Assembly: GCA_030390025.1 (NCBI GenBank)
Contig: CM059432.1
Span: 74,278,001 to 74,342,000 of the forward strand
Length of the DNA: 64,000 bases
From: Squalus acanthias
Lineage: Eukaryota
Direction of reading: 5' to 3'
Below, piece after piece: positions 1 to 64,000 of this stretch. A program made the translations under genes and the position numbers. How positions within the stretch are numbered: the first letter of the stretch is position 1; every line of letters starts with the position of its first letter. The notes under the pieces are model-generated. The model did no database searches, was not told the origin of the DNA, and worked only from the letters and a program-made list of their open reading frames with translations.

Positions 1-1425
1 AAGTCCTGTTTGACAAACCTATTGGAGTTCTTTGAGGATGTAACTAGTGGAGTAGACAATGGGGAACTGATAGATGTGGTGTATTTGGATTTTCAGAAGG
101 CCTTCGATAAGGTTCCACACAAGAGGTTGGTGAACAAAATTAGGGCACATGGAATTGGGGGTAATATACTAGCATGGATTGAGAATTGCTTAACAGACAG
201 AAAACAAAGAGTAGGGATAAACTGGTCTTTTTCAGGATGGCAGGCTGTGACTAGTGGGGTACCGAAAGGATCGGTGCTTGGGCCCCAGCTATTCACAATC
301 CATATCAATGATTTGGATGAGGGGACTAAATGTAACATTTCCAAATTTGCTGCTGATACAAAGCTAGGTGGCAGTGTCAGTTGCGAAGAGGATGTGAAGA
401 GGCTTCAAGGGGATCTCGACAGGCTCAGTGAGTGGGCGAGAACATGGCAGATGGATTATAATGTGGATAAATGTGAAGTTATCCACTTTGGTAGAAAAAA
501 CAGAAAGGCAGAGTATTTCCTAAATGGTGAAAGATTGGGCAATGCAGATGCTCAAAGGGACCTGGGTGTCCTTGTACATGAGTCACTGAAAGTGAATGTG
601 CAGGTGCAGCAAGCCATTAGGAAGGCAAATGGCATGCTGGCCTTCATTACAAGAGGATTTGAGTACAGGTGTAAAGAAGTCTTACTCCAATTATATAGGG
701 CCTTGGTGAAACCACACCTGGAGTACTGTGTACAATTTTGGTCTCCTTACCTAAGGAAGGATATACTTGCCATAGAGGGAGTGCAACGAAGGTTCACGAG
801 ATTGATTCCTGGGATGGCGGGACTGTCGTATGAGAAGAGATTGAGTAAACTAGGTCTGTATTCTCTTGAATTCAGAAGAATGAGAGGGGATCTCATTGAA
901 GCATACAAAATTATTACAGGGCTTGATAGGGTTGATGCTGGGAGAATGTTTCCCTTGGCTGGGGAGTCTAGAACCAGGGGCCACAGCCTCAGGATAAAGG
1001 GTAGGCCATTCATGACTGAGATGAGAAGAAATTTCTTCACACAGAGGGTGGTGAATCTTTGGAATTCTCTACCCCAGAGGGCTGTGGAGGCTCAGTCATT
1101 GGGTATATTCAAAACAGAAGTCGATAGATTTCTGACTAGTAAGGGCATCAAGGGATATGGCGATAAGGCCGGTGAATGGAGTTGAGGCAGAAGATCAGCC
1201 ATGATCTCATTGAATGGCGGAGCAGGCTCAAAGGGCCAAATGGTCTACTCCTGTTCCTATTTCTTATGTTCTCTCCCCCAAAAAGCAATCGATGCTCAGG
1301 CAATTGGAGCTTTCAAGACTGAGCTCGATAGATTTTTGTTCGGTAAGGGTATCGAGGGATATGGAGTTACAAATCAGCCATGTTCTAATTGAATGGCCTG
1401 CACCTTTCCTAATGTTCTTATGTTA
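1..1425 (+). mobile_element. CR1 LINE 3' part (ORF2 RT and 3' UTR), followed by a second short CR1 3' end at about 1271-1425
   Basis: ORF 10..1185 has LDFQKAFDKVPH, GVPKGSVLGP and RPHLEY-type motifs. The catalytic FADD is mutated to FAAD. Tails read ttcttatgtt. Confidence 0.92.
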
Positions 1426-2374
1426 GCGGGCAAGGGATAATTGGAACAGGGTACGCAGATGTAATGCAGCCCTCATTTTAATCTCATACGTTATGTCCAT
1501 GTTTTATACTTAATATTTTTATTTTATATTATCATTTATACTTAAATAGCAAGACATCTGGCAATTTCCAAAGTAAAGTTGGTTGGTTAAAATCACTGCA
1601 GTACAGGCTGAGAAGCTGGGAGAGTCAAAACTGAAGTGCTATAGCATAACCACTGGTAGGGAGTTTAATTACAGCACGACCAGTTTACATAGGCAGCTTC
1701 CATTATAAATGTTCATAGAATGATACAACATAGAAGGAGGCCATTCCGTCCATCGACTCTGTGCCGGCTCTTTGAAAGAGCAATCCAATTAGTCCCATTC
1801 CCCTGCTTCACCTCATAGCCCTGCAAATTTTTCTCCTTCAAGTATTTATCCAATTCCGTTTTGAAAGTTATTATTGAATCTGCTTCCACCGCCCTTTTAG
1901 GCTGTACATTCCAGATCATCATAACTTGCTGCGTAAAAAAAAAAAAAAAAAATCTCATGTAGCCTCTGCACCTTTTGCCTCTCTGTCCTCTGGTTACTGA
2001 CCCTTCTGCCACTGGAAACAGTTTCTCCTTATTTACTCTTAAAAGAATACTTGCATTTATATAGCGCCTTTCATGACCTCAGGACATCCCAAAGCAGTTT
2101 ACAGCCATGAAATACTTTTGAAGTGTAGTCATTGTCGTAATGTAGGAAATCCCTTCACGATTTTGAGCACCACTTAATCCAGCTTCTCTAGTCTCTCCAC
2201 GTAACTGCAGTCCCACATCCATGGTACCATTCTAGTAAATTGCCTCTGCACCCTCTCCAAGGCCTTGACATCCTTTCTAAAGTGTGGTGCCCAGAATTGG
2301 ACATAATACACCAGCTGGGGCCTAACCAGTGTTTTATAAAGGTTTAGCATAACTTCCTTGCTTTTGTACTCTAT

Positions 2375-3194
2375 GGGCTGGATTTTCATTGACCCGTGGA
2401 GGTGGGTTTGGAGGCGTGTGGGGGGGGTTAAAGTTGCAGATTCGGGGGTCCCGAACCCATCCCGCCCCCAACCCGCCTCCATGCCAGTTTCGCTGGAGGC
2501 GGGTACCTGACCTGTGCTGGGACCCGCCTCCCCGAGGCGGGAAGGGGATTAGTGGCAATAAACTGCCTGTTCGTTAACAGGCAGTTTTTTGCCTAATCCC
2601 TATTTTGATTCGTGAAATGTGGGCTTCCCGACAGGTCCCAACCACGCCAAGTTAGCGAGGCGGACCGTGGGTCTGCAGGGGTTGGAGGGGTCGATATATC
2701 CGGTGGGCAGGTGAGTGATGAGTGCATGTGTGCAGAGGTAAGTGTGTAAGGTAAGTGTAAAGTGTGGGAAAAAGTTTTACTTACCTTAACTTCCTCCCGC
2801 AGGTGTCAGCCCTTCAGGTCTCGGGAGTCAGAAATCTCACCGGCACAGAAAGCAGAATGGCCGTGGTGCTGTCAAAAACTGCAGCCTCTGTTTTCTGTGC
2901 TGGAATGATTTCTAACTCAGCTGAGAGGAAGGACTCAAGTTAGAAGACAGATTGTCAGTGGTTGACAGCTTCACAGAGCTGTCAAACGCTGATATTTCAT
3001 CTGTCAGAAGCTCTTGACAGATGAAATGTCAATCTGTGATGTCACCTGTTGCCGGGTGGCCCTTAATTGGCGGGCTCAACAAGGTCAATCAAGTAAAAAT
3101 GCAGTGGGTTGGCCACAAGTCGATGGAGGCGGGACTACAACCCAAAAAGTGGGAGTCCCGCCTCCATCAAGTCCCCAGTATCAAAATCCAGCCC
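2375..3194. mobile_element. Non-autonomous DNA transposon (MITE), PIF/Harbinger-like
   Basis: 12-bp TIR gggctggatttt...aaaatccagccc. 3-bp TSD TAT at 2372-2374 and 3195-3197. CR1 sequence resumes on both sides. Confidence 0.8.
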
Positions 3195-3464
3195 TATGTC
3201 TCTATTAATAAAGCCAAGGACCCGTATGCTTTTTTAACAGCCTTCTCAACTTGTCCTGCCACCTTCAAATATTTGTGTACATACACCCCCAGGTGTCTCT
3301 GTTCCTGCATCCCCTTTAATATATTGTATCATTTAGTTTATATTGCCTCTCATCATTGTTCCGATCAAAATGAATTGCTTCACACTTCTCTGCATTAAAT
3401 TTCATCTGCCATGTGTCTGCCCTTTTCACCAGTCTGTCTTGTGTCCTCCTAAAGTGTGTTGATG

Positions 3465-3905
3465 CCTGTGTCAGCTGTGACTCAGTGTGTAGCACTTGCT
3501 TCTGAGTCAGAAGGTTGTGGGTTCAAGTCCTACTCCAGAGACTTGAGCACATAAATCTAGGCTGACACTCCAGTACTGAGGAGTGCCGTACTGTTGGAGG
3601 TGCCGTCTTTCGGATGAGATATTAAACCGAGGCCTCCGGTGGACCATGGCACTATTTTGAAGAAATGCAGGGGAGTTATCCCTGGTGTCCTGGCCAATAT
3701 TTATCCCTCAATCAACATCATTAAAAACAGATTACCTGGTCACTATCACATTGCTGTGTGTGGGAACTCTCTGTGCACAAATTGGCTGCCAAGTTTCCAA
3801 CATTACAACAGTGTCTACGCTTCAAAAGTACTTAATAGGCTGTAAAACGCTTTTGGACGTCCTGAGGTAGTGAAAGACACTATATAAATGCAAGACTTTT
3901 TCTTT
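3465..3905 (+). mobile_element. tRNA-derived Deu-domain SINE (SacSINE1/AmnSINE1-like), near full length
   Basis: A box tgactcagtg, B box ggttcaagtcc, core ggtgccgtctttcggatgaga, tail ctatataaatgcaag. Confidence 0.8.
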
Positions 3906-4953
3906 CTTTACTATCCTCCTCCCTGTTCACTACATTTCTGAGTTTGATATCAGATGCAGTCTTTGAAATTATGCCCATGTATACCCAAATCCAGGCCATT
4001 AACAAAAAGAGCATTGGTCTTAATACTGACCCTTGGGGACTCCACTGTCTACTTCCCTCCAGTCTGAAAAAAAATTCACTACTTTCAGTCCCTTACCCAA
4101 TTTCGTCTCCATGCAACCACTGCCCCTTTATTCCCATGGGCTTCAATGTTGATGTAGAAATTTAGAATGGAAAATGTTGACGGGAAGTGTGCGTAGATGT
4201 GTTATTTTTAATATATTACTGATCAATTTCCTGTGGATTGCATGTGGGGAGTGAAGACCAAGTATAGTCTTCAGGTGAAGTGGGGTTGGAGGGAATAATT
4301 GGAGAAGGGCGTACAGATGCAATTCTGTCCCCATTTTCAAGTCATATTCTGTGCTTATTTTTATATTTCCATTATAAATTCCTGTGTTCAGACTTATAAT
4401 AGAAACTGCCTGTGTCACATTGTAATTGCACCCTTCTGCCAGTGGTGATGCTGGACATAGGAATTTATAATGGCAAAAGTTGACAAGAAGTGGATTCAGG
4501 TGTAAGGTTTTTAATATTTTTTATATACACATATGTTGAGAAAAACTATTTGAAGAGAAGTAGTGTGTTTTGGTATTGAGGCTGCCATTCCTTTTTGCAC
4601 AAACATCACCAAAAAACAAATGAACTGTTCATTTCATTCCTGTTTACGGGATCTTGCTGTGTGGAATTTGCAGCTGTATTTGCCTATATAATGGTCACTG
4701 CTCTTTGCAGCAATTCATTGTATGAGCAATTTGGGATGTTTGAGAAATGTGATGAGGCACTACACAAATGTACGGGGTTTTTTTTCCTTTTAAAATGTCT
4801 GTAATGAGTAATGCATAAATGATGTGGATCCATTCGCTTAAAATGTAATAAATTAATACTAACCTTGATTTTATAAATGTACTAAAACAGAAGTATTTTT
4901 GGTTTAAGTTTTCAACTACAAAAGGAAATTAATCTAGCTTGTCCTATTTTAAG

Positions 4954-58121
<53,168 letters not shown>

Positions 58122-59884
58122 GTTTGTTGCGATATAAACCTTGAATTTATAATTCAGTGTTTTTGTGTTGTGCTAAGGAGAACAAAATTTGAACTGAATT
58201 TATTTGAAAAATCCAAATTTGGGCCTGTTCAAATTTCTGTTCTTTCTTAAAATCTTCAAATAGGGAATTGATTTTGTGTCCTTTACAACACATACATCAC
58301 TTTGTCATAACAAAGCAGGTGTAGCGGCAGCTGCAAGCGTACTCTTTCCTCCCAATCACAAATATCAGGCGCTAAAGCAGATTCTTCCCTCCATCACCTC
58401 TTTTGAAGGTGTTTTTTTTTTCTTTTTCTTTTCTTTGCTTCAGTGCAGTCAAGAGGCTGGATGACTACCCCCAGTCTATCTTAGTTGGTGCCACCCAAGA
58501 GTGACTGTACCTGTAATTTCTCTCCACCTACCCCCCTCCCCTTTTGGTAGGGCAGCACATGGTCTCCCACAGCTGCACAAATTAGGTCAGAACCTCAATA
58601 TATTGAAAACAGCAGGTGCAAACTTGCATCCTATCACTCCGGCACTCAAGTTTGTTGGGCCACAATTTGGCCCTCCAAAATTTTATTGGTGCATATTCAT
58701 GATAGTTTACATTGATATCTGTCCAACTTTCCCTCGCAGTCCAGTGCGAGGCGTTTTAGCCTTTGTTAAAAATTCAGGTGCAGAGAACCTGAATTTTAGA
58801 TCCTCCAAATCCTCATGTGCTATATAAAAGTTTGAATGTATTGCAATTTCTTTCTAAAAATGTAATAGTCCCTTATCTGTGTTACCTGGCAAATATAGTA
58901 AGATGAGTTGAGTTGTATTCTGTATTGCAGTTGTGGTTTTACTTTGTCTCAAAGTTTGAAGCTCAACACAGCATTCATTTTCTATCTTGTATTAACTATT
59001 CAAATTGGCTTTCAAATGTAAATGTTTTATGTTCTTCCACAGTGTTGTTACTAGGCTTTCTAGTGTATGGTTCCAATATGGTACAGGGAAAATTACACTT
59101 AAACCAATATACTTCAATGTGCATTATGCTTCGTGTGTAGTACTCTTAAGGTGATGAATTGTTACTCATTAGAAAATGCGAGTTAGCCCATTAAAGCCTA
59201 ACACTAATACAGTAATTTAGCATCCACCTGTATTTTGAACATCCCCAATGATTTTGTCTGTGCTACCCGACAAATTATTCCAAACAAGTAACACTCTTTC
59301 AGGATTTGCTATGTTAAACTTTTCACTCGCTTCCATTTATCTGCACTGATCCTATTTTTCTAGCTTACTTTGTAGACTACTTTGTAGTAGTAATATATAG
59401 TAATCTATTTGTTTTATCTATCGACATGATTTAATATTTTCTATAGTTCAATTAGATTACCCTTCATTGCTTCCTTAATAGACTGCAAAGCTTGAGCTTT
59501 TTAGAATCATAGAATGGTTACAGCACAGAAGGAGGCCATACGGCCCGTCGAGCCCGTGCTGGGTCTCTGCAAGAGTACTTCAGCTAGTTCCACTCCCCCG
59601 CCCTTTCCCCGTAGCCCTGCAAATATTTTTCCTTCAGGTATTTATCCAATTCACTTTTGAAAGTCACGATTGAATCTGCCTCCATCACCCTCTCAGGCAG
59701 TGCATTCCAGTTCCTAACCACTTGCTGCGTAAAAAAGTTTTTCCTCATGTCGCCTCTGTCTAGACCCCTCATGGTTTTGAACACTTCTGTCAAATCTCCT
59801 CTCAACCTTCTCTGCTCTAAGGAGAACAACCCCAGCTTCGCCAGTCTATCCACGTAACTGAAGTCCCTCATCCCTGAAACCATT

Positions 59885-61088
59885 GATGTCATGTATTCGG
59901 ATTTCCAGAAGGCATTCGATAAGGTGCCACATAAAAGGTTACTACACAAGATAAGAGCTCAACGGGGTTGGGGGTAATATATTAGCATGGATAGAGGACT
60001 GGCTAACTAACAGAAAAGAGAGAGTCGGGATAAATGGGTCATTTTCAGGTTGGCAAACTGTAACTAGTGGGGTGCCGCAAGGATCAGTGCTGGGGCCTCA
60101 ACTATTTACAATCTATATTAATGACTTGGATGAAGGGACTGAGTGTAATGTAGCCAAATTTGCTGATGATACAAAGATAGGTGGGAAAGCAAATTGTGTG
60201 GAGGATGCAAAGAATCTCCAAAGGAATATAGATAGGCTAAATGAGTGGGCAAAAATCTGGCAGATGGAGTTTAATGTGGGAAAATGCGAGGTTATCCACT
60301 TTTGGTAGGAAAAATAAAAAAGCAAATTATTACTTAAATGGAGAGAGATTACAAAATGCTGAGGTACAGAGGGATCTGGGGGTCCTTGTACATGAATCAC
60401 AAAGTTAGCATGCAGGTACAGCAAGTAATTAGGAAGGCAAATGGATTTGTTGGCCTTTATTGCAAAGGGAATGGAGTATAAGTAGGGAAGTCCTGTTGCA
60501 ACTTTACAGGGCGTTGGTGAGACCACACCTGGAGTACTGCTTATCGTTTTGGTCTCCTTATTTAAGGAAGGATATACTTGCATTGGAGGCAGTTCAGAGA
60601 AGGTTCAGGAGATTAATTCCAGAGATGAAAGGGGTTGTCCTATGAAGAAAGGTTGAGCAGGTTGGGCCTATACTCATTGGAGTTTAGAAGAATGAGAGGG
60701 GATCTTATTGAAACGTATAAGATTCTGAAGGGGCTTGACAGGGTAGATGCAGAGAGGATGTTTCCCTTCATGGGGGAATCTAAAACTAGGGGGCATAATT
60801 TCAGAATAAGGGGAAACCCTTTTAAATCGGAAATGAGAAGGAATTTCTTCTCTGAGGGTTGTGAATCTTTGGAATTCTCTTCCCCAGAGAGCTGTGGAGG
60901 CTGGGGTCATTGAATATATTTAAGGTGAAAATAGACAGATTTTTGAAAGGTAAGAGAGTCGAGGTTTATGGGGAGCGGGCAGGGAAGTGGAGTTGAGGCC
61001 AAGATCAGATCAGCCATGATCTTATTGAATGGCAGGCTCGAGGGGCCAAATGACCTACTCCTGCTCCTACATCTTATGGTCTTATGTA
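59885..61088 (+). mobile_element. CR1 3' part nested antisense in the 59500-64000 CR1
   Basis: Host resumes accatt|...|ttgtaaatc; PQGSVLGP...FADD motifs; cttatg tail. Confidence 0.9.
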
Positions 61089-61245
61089 TTGTAAATCTTT
61101 TCTGCACCCTCTCTAAGGCCTTCACATCCTTCCTAAAGTGCAGTGCCCAGAATTGGACACAATACTCCAGTTGATGCCAAACCAGTGTTTTATAAAGGTT
61201 CATCATAACTTCCTTGCTTTTGTACTCTATGCCTCTATTTATGAA

Positions 61246-61544
61246 ATTGAGAGGTCGCACAACACCAGGTTATAGTCCAACAGTTTTATTTGAAATCACA
61301 AGCTTTCGGAGCTATCGATTGCCCCTTCCTCAGGTGAAGTAAATAGATACAGAATCGCCAAAGCATATATAGATAGAGAACAAAGCATGTGTACCTTACA
61401 ATTGCAGACCACTAAATTAAATCATCCTGACTATCTGCCGAGATGTGATAAAGTTAATCAGGTCAGCCAGGAAGGTACCACATCAAAGACATAGCAAGAT
61501 ACTACTGAGACAATGAGGTGTAGTCGCAGGGGTTTATTTATTTA
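61246..61544 (-). mobile_element. Penelope-type insert (family B) with hammerhead motif
   Basis: 12-bp TSD tctatttatgaa at 61234-61245 and 61545-61556. Confidence 0.75.
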
Positions 61545-64000
61545 TCTATTTATGAAGCCCAGGATCACGTATGCTTTTTTAACCGCTTTCTCAACCTGCC
61601 CTGCCACCTTCAACGATTTGTGCACATATACCCCCACTTCTCTCTGTTTATGCACCCCCTTTAGAATTGTACCCTTTAGTTTATATTGCCTCTCCTCGTT
61701 CTTTCTACCAAAATGTATCACTTCGCACTTTTCTGCATTAAATCTCATCTGCCATGTGTCTGCCCATTCCTCCAGCCTGTCTTTGTCCTCTTGAAGTCTA
61801 TTTTGCTGTTCGCTATACTTCCAAGTTTTGTGTCCTCTGCAAATTTTGAAATTGTGCCTTGTACACCCAAGTCAAAGTCATTAATATATATCAAGAAAAG
61901 CAGTGGTCCTAGTACCAACCCCTGGGGAACACCACCATGTACCTTCCTCCAGTCTGGAAAAACAACCGCTCACCACTACTCTCTGTTTCCTGTCACTTAA
62001 CCAATTCTGTATCCATGCTGCCACTGTCCCTTTTATTTCATGGGCTTCAACTTTGCTGGCAAGCCTATTATATGGCACTCTATCAAACGCCTTTTGGAAG
62101 TCCATGTACATCACATCAACCACATTGCCCTCATCAACCCTCTCTGTTACTTTATCAAAAAAATCAATCAAGTTAGTTAAACACGATTTGCCTTTAACAA
62201 ATCTGTGCTGGCTTTCCTTAATTAATCCACACTTATCCAAGTGACTGTTAATTTTGTCCCGGATTATCGATTCTAAAAGCTTTCCCATTACCGCGGTTAA
62301 ACTGACTGGCCAGTAGTTGCTGGGTTTATCCTTACACCATTTTTTGAACAAGGGTGTAACATTTGTAATTTTTCAGTCCTCTGGCACCACCCCCGTATCT
62401 AAGGAGGATTGCAAATTATGGCTAGTACCTCGACTATTTCTTCTTTCACTTCCCTCAGCATCTATGGATGCATCCCATCCGGTTCTGGTGACTTATCTAC
62501 TTTAAGTACAGGCAGCCTTTCTAGTACCTCCTCTATCAATTTTTATCCCATCCAGTATCTCAACTACCTCCTCTTTCACTATGACTTTGGCAGCATCTTC
62601 TTGGTAAAGACAGATACAAAGTACTCAGTGCCTCAGCCATGCCCTCTGCCTCCATGCACAGGACTCCTTGTTGGTCCCTAATTGGCCCCACCCTCCTCTT
62701 ACTACCCGTTTACTAGTTATATGCCTATAGAAGACTTTTGGATTCCCTTTATTTTAGCTGCCAATCTATTCTCATATTCTTTCTTTGCCCCTCTTATTTC
62801 CTTTTTCACTTCCCCTCTGAACTTTCTATATTCAGCCTGGTTCTCACTTGTATTCTCAACCTGACATCTGTCATACGCCTCCTTTTTCTGCTTCATCTTG
62901 ACTATCTCTTTCATCATCCAAGGAACTCTGGCTTTAGTTGCCCTACCCTTCCCCCTCGTGGGAATGTACCTCGACTGTACCCGAACCATTTCCTCTTTAA
63001 AGGCAGCCCATTGTTCGATTACAGTTTTGCCTGCCAATCTTTGATTCCAATTTACCCGGGCCAGATCCATTCTCAACCCACTGAAATTGGCCTTCCTCCA
63101 ATTAAGTATTTTTACTCTAGATTGCTCCTTGTCCTTTTCCATAGCTAATCTAAACCTTATGATATTATAATCACTGTTCCCTAAATGTTCCCCTACCGAC
63201 ACTTACTCCACTTGACCCACCTCATTCCCCAGAACCAGATCCAGTAATGCCTCCTTCCTCGCTGGGCCGGAAATTTACTGATCAAGAAAGTTCTCTTGAG
63301 CACACTTCAGAAATTCTTCCTGCTCTCTGCCCTTTTCATTATTACTATTCCAGTCTATGTTAGGATAGTTGAAGTCCCCCATTAATCACTGCTCTATAGT
63401 TCTTGCACCTCGCTGTAATTTCCCTGGAAATTTGCTCCTCTATATCCTTCCCACTAGTTGGTGGCCTATAGAATACACCTAGTAGTGTAATGGCACCTCT
63501 TGTTTCTGAACTCTAACCAAATAGATTCTGTCCTTGACCCCTCCAGGACATCCTCTCTCTCCAGCACTGTAATATTCTCAATCAATACTGCCATCCCACC
63601 TCCTTTCTTTCCTTCCCTATCTTTGCTGAACACCTTTATATCCAGGAATATTTAGTACCCAATCCTGCCCTTTTTTGAGCCAGGTCTCTATTATCGCCAC
63701 GGCATCATATTCCCACATGGCTATTTGCACCTGCAGCTCACCAATCTTATTTACCACGCTTTGTGCGTTTACACACATGCACTGTAAACCTATCTTAGAC
63801 CTTCTTGTATTCTCTCTTAGTCTGACCCCACTTAATACCTTACTATTTCTTACTCTAGTGCTATCTGTCTCTCCCAATCCTTTGTGCAGTTTGTTTCTCC
63901 TTTCTAATGCTACATCCTGGTGCCCATTCCCCTGCCAGATTAGTTTAAACCCTCCCCAACTGCACTAGCAATCCCCCCTGCGAGAATATTGGTCCCAGCT

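Larger units (their letters stand above)
1714..4150 (-). mobile_element. Fragmented CR1 LINE interrupted by a SINE fragment (2041-2150), a MITE (2375-3194) and a SINE (3465-3905)
   Basis: Minus-strand pieces EYKSKEVMLNLYKTLVRPQL and VEADSIITFKTELDKYL; same family as 44523-46222 and 59500-64000. Confidence 0.85.
59500..64000 (-). mobile_element. Long CR1 LINE (end of ORF1 and decayed ORF2) with two nested insertions
   Basis: EN start CMCVNAQSVVNK...IETWL (63617..63877) and RT ORF 61881..62351; runs off the window. Confidence 0.92.

Noticed and set aside
10..1185. 391-aa RT ORF as an active or domesticated gene
   Set aside because: Ordinary CR1 ORF2 3' part with the catalytic FADD changed to FAAD and PQG to PKG.
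3465..3545. tRNA gene (also 18534-18620 and 22640-22698)
   Set aside because: A/B boxes continue into SINE bodies; no complete cloverleaf.

Overview
Eukaryotic genomic DNA, most likely a cartilaginous fish (inferred from HE1-like and Deu-domain SINEs and the CR1 families). The window holds 20 consecutive internal coding exons of CHD7 on the + strand (4954..58121). They cover the SNF2 ATPase DEAH box, the helicase C-terminal domain and downstream regions. All introns are GT-AG and phases are consistent: 3816 nt, 1272 codons, start and stop codons outside the window. Introns are packed with decayed retroelements (CR1, L2, a second LINE family with a matching tRNA-headed SINE, Penelope-like elements), DNA-transposon MITEs and a 4.3 kb polypyrimidine satellite. 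Most notable: two Penelope-like families carry minimal hammerhead-ribozyme motifs, with stem covariation in one family. Two different copies of that family sit at the same position in two separate CR1 copies with the same target duplication, suggesting sequence-specific targeting. Family names come from recalled motifs, not a database search, and repeat boundaries without a TSD are approximate.
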